From Haliotis cracherodii (lineage: Eukaryota), in the NCBI RefSeq assembly GCF_022045235.1, contig NW_027266264.1, forward strand, positions 49,290,001-49,354,000: a stretch of 64,000 bases of DNA. Direction: 5' to 3'. The notes under the pieces were generated by a model. The model was not told where the DNA came from and did no database searches. It saw nothing but the letters and a program-made list of their open reading frames with translations. Below, in pieces: positions 13,239 through 24,666 of this stretch. Position 1 is the first letter of the stretch; every line of letters begins with the position of its first letter. The position numbers and the translations under genes are program-made.

Positions 13239-14326
13239 TTATCTTTGCAGTCACCAATGAGTTTTTTTTACCATGGCAGAACGGGCAAAAAATACAGAGC
13301 TTTCAATGTTGAGTTATGTTACATAGTGATTCAGAGGTATACATTAAAAATAAATTTGTTATGTGCAGTTGCTATATATATCTCCGAATTAAGTTATTCA
13401 CTTTTATTTATTGCCCTGTAGTTAGTCACCTTTCTCATGTGAGAATTAGAAGATAAACCTACTGTGTTTTGGAATTAGATATAGTCTTAATAGTCTGTTG
13501 TGCACTGTTTGGACTCACCAAGTCATTTCTTGGTAATCGAATATGGCATGTCCCATTGTAGGAATGACAGATTGTAGAAATAGTTTAACAAAATGCGTAA
13601 CGAATTTATTTCTTCTAGAAACTTTATTAATTAACATTTTACTATTTATTTTACATATGTAAGTCTTATTAATTTGTTTGCAATTACGGCCAGTAAATAA
13701 TACAATTTGAAAATAAATACCTCTCTCCACTCTACTCACAACTGTCAATGGCTCCCAATGTTATTCATGCTCACCGTACCTCTGACAAGTTACACAAGCA
13801 GGATATCAAGCCCGATATATGATGTGGTTCAACATTAACGGGAATGAGCCTGCTGGAAAAACGTGATTGACAACTGCGTGGAGTGTGACTGACCAGTCGT
13901 TTTTAGGCTGCAGACGAGCGGGCATTTTGTCAGGAGTTATTTTTACAAAAATACAGGTTCAAACCCTCTGGCCTCTCTTTGGTAAAAAACAACATCTCCG
14001 GGCTCTTGGATTCGACAGTTGTTGCCCTGTCACAGTCGTCCGTGTATGTTGAGCTTAATTGTGTGTGTTTTGCTATGAATTTCATGAAGTTCGATAAGCT
14101 GTTGTGATCAAGGTCATGTGCTGTGACCTCAGTGATTTTGGTACATTTGTGAGTTTTTGAATCCTGCCAAATCCTAATGTTGGTGGTTAACGGAAATAAA
14201 ATTATATATTGATCACGAAAAGGTTTGCAAATACCATGTTGTCATGAATAAAGTTTTTAAAAACACTTTTTATAATTTTATATTCTACTTTCATTACCGT
14301 GTGTTTCAATCAGGGAGTTATCTGAC

Positions 14327-14583
14327 GGGGGCACGGGTGATTCGCTGTGCAGAGTTGCGTCCCTTGGGCACGCCAGAAACCTATGATTGTGGGTTCGAAT
14401 CCTGGTTCGCCCCGATTATGTTTCTAGGTTTGTCAGCACCATACCCGTGCTCGTGGGTTTCACCGAAGTTGTAAACGTCTGAGACATGCATCACTTCGGG
14501 CTTTCCTCCCACATTAAGCTGACACACCGTGATATAACTGGAATACTGTTAAAAGCGGCGTTAAACCCAACTCACTCACTCAC
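14327..14583 (+). mobile_element. Family B SINE (A box deleted)
   Basis: Homology to other copies; possible TSD tatctg. Confidence 0.85.
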
Positions 14584-15022
14584 TATCTGTTTGACACTGA
14601 ACATACCCCTAACAATTTTATTAACGGTATCATTTGTATGTCGTCGTTAAGTCTTGTAAACTCATCAAAGCATTCAGCGTTACGTTATAGAATGTCAAAA
14701 GCATCCCATATCAAAAGCACCATATTTCCTCTATTAGACGTTCGCGGGCAATGAATTTCGCGAGAGCCGTTGACCGTTAGCTGTGTTTCATGAACGCGAT
14801 GGCATCTCCAACAAGGCAGGTACCAACATATCCGCTTTGATCATTATCATATACATGTACCAAGAATTAATCATATAGGTCACACAAAGATAGTAGTTGA
14901 CAATCTGAAACAAATTGGTCTTTGTGATGCGAAGGACATCCAAAATAAGACTTATCAGTGATGTTGTTTCCTGATGACGGATGGATGCTATTCAGGTTAC
15001 AACGCCAAACGGGTTCGACACA

Positions 15023-15485
15023 ATCAGACCTTAGAGCTCACTACTGCTACACGAAGATCTGAGAACAACCCATGACAGGTCACATCCGAATAACCTTTTA
15101 CGAACATTGACCGACCAATGACTAACAGGAGGTGGACCTTTGCCAATCAAAAGACAGTTTTCTCGAGCTCGAGCATGTCCAAAAGATGGCAGAGTTTGTA
15201 AGGCAGCACTCCCCACAGTCTATGGAAAGTCTCTTCAGTTTCAAATGTTTATCCCATTGAAGCAAGAGATAGACGATCATTTTGACGCAATGAGTCGTAC
15301 ACCCCTTTAATTTCGAGGTTACATGGCCTGTGATTAGAAAAGACATTCGAACTTTCACTTTCGCGATCTCGTCAGCGACGCTCTGATTGGTCGGATGAAA
15401 AATCATTCAGACGTGAATATATGGGATGTCTTAATTGGGATGTCTTCAAATCTCAGTGTAGCGGTAGTGAGCACTAAGATCAGAT
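15023..15485. mobile_element. Non-autonomous TIR element (partial second copy at about 697-830)
   Basis: TIRs of about 35 bp, cttagwgctcactacygctacac; non-coding interior. Confidence 0.72.
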
Positions 15486-16006
15486 TTTAATGAAATTGGG
15501 TTCTACAGAGATGAATATTGGACATTGTTTCATTGGTGTGAGCAAATTGTTGATCAGCTGTAAAATAATTCCACTCGGGACATACACTTGATAGAAAATG
15601 GGACCTTGCCTAATATCCAATAAAGATGCTGTATTTTTCTTACACACAATATGATTATATCCCATATCAAATGATGATTTATATGAATTTCCTTATTGTA
15701 CTTATGAATATTGTATATTGCTGTGCTGGAAATAAAAAAGACCTTTATCCTTATTGAAACCACCAGGTGGATAACAGAATCAAGAATATAATTGCTTGCA
15801 TTTACTGCATTATATAAACATTCATTACAGTGAACATTTATATCTTCAGGTGTGTCCGAGTAACCTGTCACAGTTCTCAAACAGAGACCGATTTACACAG
15901 GATAATACAAAGTACATTTAATGTTTTCAAGGGGATTGGCATTGATGCATATTATCATTTTATATTGATATTTGTCCATGTTACCCGTCCCAGTAGTGTA
16001 CAATAT

Positions 16007-16242
16007 TGTGAGTGAGTGAGTGAGTTGGGTTTTACGCTGTCTTCCAGTTATATCGCGGCGTGTCAACTTAATGTGGGAGGAAAGCCCGAAGTGATGCAGG
16101 TCTCAGACGTTTGCCACTTCGGTGAAACCCACGAACACGGGTATGGTGCTGACAAACCTAGAAACATAATCGGGGCGAATTTGGGACGCAACTCTGCACG
16201 GCGAATGGCGGCGCCTCAGACGACAGGGCCACCCGCGTCCCC
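16007..16242 (-). mobile_element. Family B SINE
   Basis: 11-bp TSD gtgtacaatat (15996, 16243); internal deletion. Confidence 0.85.
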
Positions 16243-16669
16243 GTGTACAATATGGACGTTCAAAATGCAGGGTAACTCATTAAAAGGCAAAGTTATGCAT
16301 GGTGTCAGAGGTAAAAAAGTTCAATGAAACTACCATTTGTTTTTTTCGGCAGTGAAGCATTTAGTCGTTTGGCTTTCAACGGAGGCAGAACGAGAGATAT
16401 TAATGTGTTTTCATACAAAGAGGCGAGGGGTTTGAATGACTCAGATGTTTGAAACCCCTCTGCACTTTCCCGGCCGCTTATTATGTACTATTTTAATCAA
16501 GTGAATGTGCGTTCCTAGAAGACCCATTGTTAAAGGGGTAGCTGCACAAGCAATCAGCATAAACCTTTGCCAACAAAAGCCGATCTTTTCTCAATACAGA
16601 CAAAAAGACTTTAGGTCTGTATGAATAGAAGGTGCAGTCGTTTCGGCCGAGTGTATCCCTACAGAATGA

Positions 16670-16803
16670 GGGGCGGCCGGGTAGCCTAGTGGTTAAAGCG
16701 TACGCACGTCACGCCAAAGACTCGGGTTCGATTCCCGACATGTGTACAATGTTCTGGTGTGCCCCGCCGTGACTTTGCTGGAATAAAACCGTACTCACTC
16801 ACT
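16670..16803 (+). mobile_element. Family C SINE
   Basis: A and B boxes, GTC anticodon-like loop; TSD ctacaga. Confidence 0.82.
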
Positions 16804-17879
16804 ACAGACTTGAAAGGGGACCAGCCCAGCAAATGGTTTTAACCCGTTGTGGAAATGTACGCAAGTTCATTCTGTTTCATACGTTTTATGATTATTTTGC
16901 AGTAAGACATTTAATGTTGGCGACTGTCCTTGTGTACATGTCTGAAGGTCATACCATATCACTGTGAACATTACCAGTGGTGCCCAAGTTTATTTAAAAA
17001 AGGGATGTGAAGAACGAGACTCTTCGTCGCATTACAACATTGTTCATAGGGCCTTTCCGTAAGCCAACCTTTATAAGAGCCTGTGATGCCTAAACAATCA
17101 TCCATACTAGCATCAAACAATTGACGTTTCTGAGTGTTCCAGTCATCTTCACCTCGCCAAGACCACGCAAACATTAGAAATGATGAAAACATCGAATTAG
17201 CCTGTCACAGTAAATAGATTAATAAACATTGCGGACAAGAAGCCTTGGTGATCATAATAGAATTATCCCAGGTAAATGTCCAGCTGTTCCAGCAAAGTAC
17301 ATTAGCAGGTCACTTATCGAGTGTTCCTTCCCAACTCTGATCTCCTCCACATAATATGTGTTGGAAATAGCTCTACATATCTTTTTTTAAGTTACTTCAA
17401 TCTCAGATCATACACAACGATCCTTATGCAACTGGGAAACAAAATAATTTGGACATAGTCGATAGCATTTTTTCATTAAAAAATACTGTAAATAACATGA
17501 AAATTCCAGGAGGCTTTCTCCATGAAATGCATTTCATTCATGTAGGATCCCGTTTCATGGTTTCTAAAAAGCCTTCCGAAACAACAGTCCTCAGTTTATA
17601 CGTCAAACACCCGCTGTGATATACCGTAACTATGTAATACAAAATAATCTTCCCCTTGCAGCGACCTATGGAATGAGTCGTTTAAGTTACAGTACCATCT
17701 TTAGAGACAATACGTCAATCACCGAATCACCTTACCTACATCTTTTATATACGCAATTGCTTTCTTGATAAGGAGGTCCGAAGTACTGTTTATATGATTA
17801 TTCAGTTTGTTTCTATATCTAATATAGTTTTTCACGTAGAGCTGCCAAAAGATCATACGATTCGGACTATATCATGAAG

Positions 17880-18420
17880 TCAAAATTTGAATTGCATCAG
17901 ACATAAATTTTGTCACATGCATCAATTTGGAAATGTCCTCCACATGTCTACCATAAGCCTGTTTGAAGCTACACTAATGTCTTGAATGTTGTAACCTTGA
18001 TTCAACAACTTCTGAGCAAGAGTCGCATAGCGTTCTTTGATATCTTGGTTGTAAGAGCAAGCTCGATTGTACGTCAAAAGTTGTGAAATGTAAACACCAA
18101 ATGCTGGAGCTATCGGAATATTTCTTGACATAAAGGGAAAGTTGACTATTGGAAAGTTGAAGTCATCTTGCCGGAACTGTATGGATAGATCTAAACATGA
18201 AATAGATGGGAAGATCAGGGGAAGGGAATTGGCTATTTGTTGGTTATCGAACGATATCACATCATCGCTATACCTGAAGCTTAAGTTAAACATTTCGTGA
18301 CCAATTTACCTTGTTTTCCAATCCGAGCAGGAATTCCGACTCATGTGCATAAAGAAACAGATCTGCAAGAAAGGGAGCACAACTGGTGCCCTTGGGATAC
18401 CTACTTCTTGCTCTAAGTGC
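17880..18420 (-). mobile_element. Penelope-like reverse transcriptase fragment
   Basis: GIP.GTSCAPFLADLFLY, FRYSDDV, DDFNFPIVNFPFMSRNIPIAPAFGVYISQL; frameshifted. Confidence 0.75.
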
Positions 18421-18456
18421 CTTAGCCCCAAATTTTTCAAAGAGGGTTATTATTGA

Positions 18457-18711
18457 GGTTGGTTGGTTGGTTGGTTGTTTGTTTTACGCCGCACTCAGCA
18501 ATATTCCAGCTATATGACGGAAATAATCGAGTCTGGACCAGACAATCCAGTAACTGACATCATGAACATCGATCGACGCAATTGGGATCGATGACATGCA
18601 TCAGCGAGCCTGACCACCCGATCCCGTTAGTCGCTTCTTACTACAAGCATAGCCGCCTTTCACGGCAAGCATGGGTTGCTGAAGACCTATTCTACCCCGG
18701 ATCTTCACGGG
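18457..18711 (-). mobile_element. Family A copy, full length, duplicated hairpin module
   Basis: Homology to other copies. Confidence 0.85.
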
Positions 18712-19092
18712 TCTTGTTGCAACCCAAAACATGTTAAATTTGGATTACGTCTGCTGTGTTCAAATGCAGAGAATCTGCTCTGTTACAGCCAAAGCCATTA
18801 AAATCTAGTGCGTGCGTTTTCACACTGACCCAGTTGTACCCAGACCGCGATGTCCCTACATTCTCCTGTCTGTTTACCAAAGAAAACAAGATAAACAACA
18901 TATCAAATAGTATATAGGATTTCAAGTTTTTTTTTGCCGAAGAGACTATCGGAAAAATCGGATTTCCAGTCACGGAGCGTATACATGTATGTTTACATTA
19001 AAGATATTTGGGGATGTCACTGAGCGTCAGAAGTGATTAAATTTAAGGGTCATGTTCCTGAAGTAAACATTGATGCATCAAAAGGCATGGTA

Positions 19093-20361
19093 CCAGGGGT
19101 GTTCATTAAAGATTTCCCCTGACCCACTTCCGATGGACCTAGTGGAATGAAACTTGGCATAGGTATTAGTCTTTCTCCACATAGGAACCACCAAGAGTTA
19201 CACACTTCTCCCTCGCTTGTAAAAGCCCTCATTTTGCGTCTCAAACCAGGACTTGACTTCAGAAATCAGTGTTTCATCATCTGTGAAACGTTTTCCCTTC
19301 AAAAATGACTTCATGGTTGGAAAGAGGTGGAAGTCAGACGGTGCAAGGTCAGGAGAGTATGGAGGATGTGGAAGGATTTCATAGCCACAGGACCGCGCTT
19401 CTGTCTGGGCAACATGAGAGTTGTGTACTGGAGCATTGTCTTGCAGGAGACGGACACCCTTGGTCAGCATGCCACGCCTCTTAAGCTTGATAGCGTTCCG
19501 CAATTTCCGCAGCAGTGAAGCTTAATAAGCTCCTGTAATTGTGGTACCCTTTGCAAAGAAATCCATCATCACTACTCCGTGCTGGTCCCAAAACACCGTG
19601 AGCATGACCTTGCATGCAGAGGGTTGGACACGGGCCTTCTTTGGGGGTGGTGACTCCACATGCTTCCATTGCATCGACTGAACTTTAGTCTCAGGATCAT
19701 AGTGATGGACCCATGTTTCATCCTGTGTGAAAAGTCTGTAAAAAAAGTTTGCCTGTTTTTTTTGGCACATGTCCAAAAGATCCTTTGAGCAATTGACTCG
19801 TTCCTGCTTTTTGAAAGTTGTGAGCAGCCTGGGAATCCATCGTGCAGACACCTTATGCATGTTCAAATTGTCATGGATGATTTTTTCCACATACCCTACA
19901 CTGATCTTGACATCTTGTGCTAACTGGCGAACAGTTATACGTCGGTCTGCCAAAATGGCGGTCTCCACTTGATGGATAGCGTCCTCATCAATGGCTGAAT
20001 GGGGGCGACAAGGAATGGCAGCTGTTTCCACTGATGTCCGACCACACTTGAACTGGCGATGCCAGTGTTTAACAACGTCATATGATTAGGCATCTTCCGC
20101 ATAAGTTGCTTTCATTTCATCGAAAGTTTCTTTTGTTGTGCGCCCTTTCAAATATAAAAACCTAATCACTCCTCGGTATTCTACTGGCTCCATTGTCACA
20201 CCCTACTCGTGAATAAACCCCTGTAAAAGTTGTAAGATTAATAGTTCGGTGCTGCATATTCAGACATAACCCATAGATACATTTATCATTAACATGTGAA
20301 ATTTCAACCAAATATGATAACCCTAAGTGGTTTAGGGGAAATCTTTGATGAACACCCCCCG
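19093..20361 (-). mobile_element. Full-length mariner (DD34D) element, inactive transposase (ATG 20193 to natural stop 19166)
   Basis: TA-flanked TIRs of about 28-36 bp (ccaggggtgttcattaaagatttcccct / aggggaaatctttgatgaacacccccc). Motifs WIPRLL, QDETW, QDNAPVH, YSPDLAPSD with 34-aa spacing. Two in-frame stops and a C-terminal frameshift. Confidence 0.93.
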
Positions 20362-20736
20362 TATGTCAGTGGGCTAGCACTATAGAATTGGCATTAGTTC
20401 GGACAAGTACAAGCAGACACACACACGCGCGCGTATGAACGTCGCTGTCTTAGGTCAATAATCTTGGACACGACGTTAAACCTCATTTCACCTCACCTCA
20501 CCTCACCCCTCCAAAATAGGTCTGTTTTGTATTCAGTGTGTCATGAGTGGAACGTGATTTCAGAAGAGCTAAGCCTGCACTTCACACTTGATATGTACCA
20601 TCAATTCCATACCTTAGCATACTCATGTTTTTTTTTATATGAACTCTTCCGAGACCGCGAGCACGAGAATTTGAAAATGTCCCTTTGGCACAAGCGTCTA
20701 CATGAGTAGGATGCAAGTACTAGTACATATCAACAG

Positions 20737-20738
<2 letters not shown>

Positions 20739-20816
<78 letters not shown>

Positions 20817-20822
20817 TATATA
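20739..20822. repeat. (CT)n(AT)n microsatellite
   Basis: Direct inspection. Confidence 0.9.
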
Positions 20823-20907
20823 TTATATTACTGAAGACACATACATAAATGTCTCCCAAAGCAGCAGCCTATATTGACACACGGTTTGGCTTGCCTGTGG
20901 TACTCAC

Positions 20908-21040
20908 CTATCCCAATTGCCTAGATCAATGCTCACGTTGTCAATCACAGAATTGTCTGGTCCAGACTAGATTATTTACAGACCGCCGTCATGTAGCTGG
21001 AATATTGCTGAGTGTGTCGTTAAACAACAAACAAACAAAC
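20908..21040 (+). mobile_element. Family A 3' fragment
   Basis: Homology to other copies. Confidence 0.75.
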
Positions 21041-21749
21041 TGTCCTATCCAGGTCAAATCTGAGAAAAACACTCCAGCTTGATAACTGGATAAGAATCTA
21101 GATCGATGTACGCAATAAACCAGAAGTTATCCATAAAGCTTTACCTTTTTTATACTTACTCACAACTTCTAGAATGCGAATCAAACACGACAAATCTGTT
21201 TGCTCGGCTAGCCTAAAGGTACCCCTTCCATTCAGACAGCCAGTCATGTGTTGACGTAAGATGTCGGATGGGGGCCACATTTTTTCAGTCAAAAGAGATA
21301 CTAACGCATTATCCCTAAACAGGGTAATGAAACTTAAACATAGGTTACCATAAGGTGGTGGGGGATTCATTTTGTGAGATCCTTTACGGTATGTGACAGT
21401 AGGGTTAAGCTCCCGATTAGACTATGACTATGTCAACTACTTGAATAACTAATGTTTTCATTGACAACAATCTATTTTCATGGTTAACCTTCATGAAGAA
21501 TAGGATAAATTATTCTGAAACTGTAATTTTGTCCTTAAGAACTTGGGATGAAAATCACCTGTATTTCAACATTTAATTTCAATCTAGCTAAATAAATTTA
21601 GTCACCGTATTTTCAATGAATAATCTATTATGTGATCTGGATATAGTTTAGGAAGGACATGGGTGGTCGAGTTCAGGGTTTACATTAAAAAAAAGATGAT
21701 TAATTCATGACGAAATGTATCCTTTCTATAGTTCTGTTGAAAACATATA

Positions 21750-21910
21750 CAGTCGAACCTCTTTGTGTCGAACTTGGATGTGTCGAATTCACGGTTGTCT
21801 CGAACTCATTTGGGAATCCAAAGTATCGATATTAAGCATGCCATCCCCTGATGTCTCCAAAGTCAGATAACTCGAAGTCCCAATGAGTTCGGCACAACGA
21901 GGATCGACTG
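21750..21910. mobile_element. Tc1/pogo-type MITE
   Basis: TA|cagtcgaacctc ... gaggatcgactg|TA. Confidence 0.8.
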
Positions 21911-21981
21911 TAAATGATTTATTTATAGTGGTATTGTAGGTACCCTACTCCTACCCGATCACCTGTAAAACCTTCCAGTGT

Positions 21982-22091
21982 ATGTGTGGGCGTAAATATG
22001 TTCCTCTGAACATTTGTTCTGTAGGAATCGATATACCAGGGGTTTCCAACAGAACAAAAGTTCATGGGGAACATATATACGCTCACATATG
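21982..22091. repeat. Palindromic hairpin element (MITE-like)
   Basis: Imperfect inverted arms of about 48 bp around a short loop. Confidence 0.65.
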
Positions 22092-22535
22092 CAGGTCGTG
22101 AGTACCGCTGCTTTCGTCACCTGGATGCAAGCGCTTTGTACTGTGATCTCAATCTGAAGACAAATGACACCAACATTAACACACCAGCCGAAAATGCAAT
22201 GACGTAAATGCTAAATAGTCACATAAAAGCGACAAAACCCTTTCCATATTAATTTAGACAAACTATGAAGTTATATGTAATACAACACAACCGCCAGTGT
22301 GGTGTTTCTGGGTGGATATCCATTTGAAACTGTGACAAACAGGTCGGACGAGTACAAACGGCCACATAAAAAGGGACGTGCGCGTCGCTATCAGAATGCA
22401 ATGATCTTCAAAGCGACTGTAAAACCCATTTCACCTCACCTCATATGCATGTCATATATTTTGGCCTCCTATCGGATTAACAATATACGAGCAAGTATGA
22501 AAGGACATTTGACTGTTTCTTTGTACCGTTAAATG

Positions 22536-22795
22536 ATGGTACTTGTTGTTACCCTTTCTGGCGCTCGCCATTAAGGGGCTCAAACAAAGACTGGTCGGCT
22601 CTGAGTCAGTATACTGTGTCTGAGTGGGGTATTCATGTTAAACTGCGGCATGGTTTCTCAGTGAGCTAGCACTATAAATCGGCATCAGTTCGGACTAGTA
22701 CAAGCAGCCACACAAACACACACACGTACATGCACGTCGCTATATAAGTGCAATAATCAAGGACGCGACGTTAAACCCATTTCACCTCACCCCTC
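22536..22795 (+). mobile_element. Family D SINE lacking head (further 3' fragments at 22340-22442 and 20364-20510)
   Basis: Homology to 40896-41235; tail gacgttaaacccatttcacctcacc. Confidence 0.8.
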
Positions 22796-23754
22796 ATGTG
22801 TCTGAAAGTAAAGGTTGCTGTAACCTGGTGTCACAAACATGATATGGAACGCGCTATCTCCGTTGAACAATCGATGTTATTTTTACTAAATGTCACAATT
22901 ACTTACTTATTGTAAAGATTTTTTCTGTTAAGATTTCGTCCTGTGCCCATATAGGTGTAAACGACGTTTTTTTGTGCTTGCAGTCGTAATTAGTGAGCGC
23001 AGGTGAATTCATCGTGTGTTTGACACAGAACCAGCTACAGCAACAAGTTTCACAACCTTTTCAAATGCCAAGCCTTATGTCAACACAGATCTGCATGCAT
23101 TCGTTTGATTTTCTTTCTGTGATCTGTCCCTTGTATAAATGTAAAAGACTACTACTGTGTCCGAGAAACTTCAAGACTGTCTAAATATAGTGCAACTGTA
23201 CAATGGCACCCTTAGGAATCTAATAAAGAGATAATGTAATGTATTGTATATGTACTATCTGTAAAATCGGCTCTTGTACCACCATGCGTGGTTTCACGAG
23301 AATCTGAAATCTGGATCTAATAAAAGAAACACTTACAAACTTCAACAATAAACAAAGGCGTCGTCATGAATCAATACAGTTTTATTTCAAACGTGTCATA
23401 TATAGAAATCAAACAGTGTCTAAAATATATTTCAAACCCTTGCAAATACTCGTGAGCTTTCAAATATCAAATATTTTCATGATGCTCAAATTGTATCAAC
23501 ATTTTTCAGTAAGTTGTCATCAATGACATTGTTACAAATGACTTCCATTTCATGAGCATGTCATTTAAAAAAACTGATGCATTATTTTTCTGTTTGAAAC
23601 AAATCCTGAGTATGGGCAATAAACGATTCATTTTCAATCCGCTTTCTGGTGACTATAACCGAAGCTGCAGTCTACTACTGGCATGGACTGAACGACATTG
23701 CAAGTTGTGTGTCTAGTGTGTGAGTGAGTAAGTAAAACTGAAGCGTCATTTGAC

Positions 23755-23910
23755 ACAATTTATGAATAACAATTTCTTTATAATTCTGTATATAACGACG
23801 TTTCGCTAAATATCCTTATGCCGTTGTCAAGCAAGACGGTAAATATTGAAATATACCGAAACGTCGCTGTTACAGTTTAATTATGAAGTTATTATCCATA
23901 AATTGTTTCT
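23755..23910. mobile_element. Inverted pair of Penelope-like terminal repeats with hammerhead-like motif on the minus strand (23795-23835)
   Basis: Minus strand cttgc-TTGACAA-c-ggcataaggatatttagc-GAAA-CGTC; plus strand partial ggta...tacc-GAAA-CGTC; inverted AT-rich arms. Confidence 0.6.
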
Positions 23911-24181
23911 ACTTTGTCATCCGTCAACTTCTAAGATATCTCTATCGAACAAGTCAGTTGGGCAGTATTGTGGGTATATATTGATTAACATATAAATGAG
24001 TAAAATATATATCGTTAATCCGATTTTTCGTTTAAAGCCATGTCATTACTGACGGACCTCTGAGTGTTGTAAAGTCCAAAAAAATCTTTTTATTTTCCGA
24101 AACGTGAAGCTTGCGTTCTTGCGACGTCCAATTGCCTATCACGTATAAGAGAACACAGGACAGCATGTTTATGAGCATGGC

Positions 24182-24666
24182 TTATTCTCTACACATCAAT
24201 ATCAGAAATATGCTTATAGGGACAACACAAGACTGAAAAGACCACAAGTGCCCCGCAACTCCAGCCCCAGAAGTAGCAGTACCGCCCCTCAAGAACACAG
24301 GGGGTATGCTAGGTTCAAAACATCCGGCTTCTACTTCATCAAATTGTGAGTTTTTAGCCATTTTGAATGTCATAGAATTGCAAGTCCTCGGTTCCATGAT
24401 TCCAAATCCTTTTCCGTAGAAGTTATTTCCATCCTGCTCGTACAGCTTCCATGTGGCAAATCCGTACTTAGCTATCAGTTGTTGCTGGGTATCATTGTAG
24501 TATACTTCGAGGTTACCGAAGCCTTTGTGGTAATATATTCCCTCGTATTTTTTGTGATCATGTGACAAACTCTTGTCCATTTTGTAGCTGGTGGAAGAAC
24601 TCGTTTCGTTGTACCAAGGTGCTGGGAACGAGCATATGGTGGATACATTCAGCCACGGCTTTTCAC
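24182..24666 (-). CDS. Beta-lactamase-like gene exon 6 (C-terminal domain, hydrophobic tail)
   Basis: Acceptor ctgtag; EKPWLNVSTICSFPAPW...YEGIYYHKGFGNLEV...GGTATSGAGVAGHLWSFQSCVVPISIFLILMCRE*. Confidence 0.85.

Noticed and set aside
16670-16745. tRNA-Asp gene (also tRNA-like at 39975-40048 and 28620-28728)
   Set aside because: These are heads of multi-copy SINEs, joined to SINE bodies and tails and lacking good acceptor stems.
18670-18711. Family A 5' end as an HDV-like or hammerhead ribozyme
   Set aside because: Too little sequence between candidate P1 strands for P2/P3/L3, and the antisense CTGAAGA lacks a matching GAAA. Kept as an unclassified structure instead.
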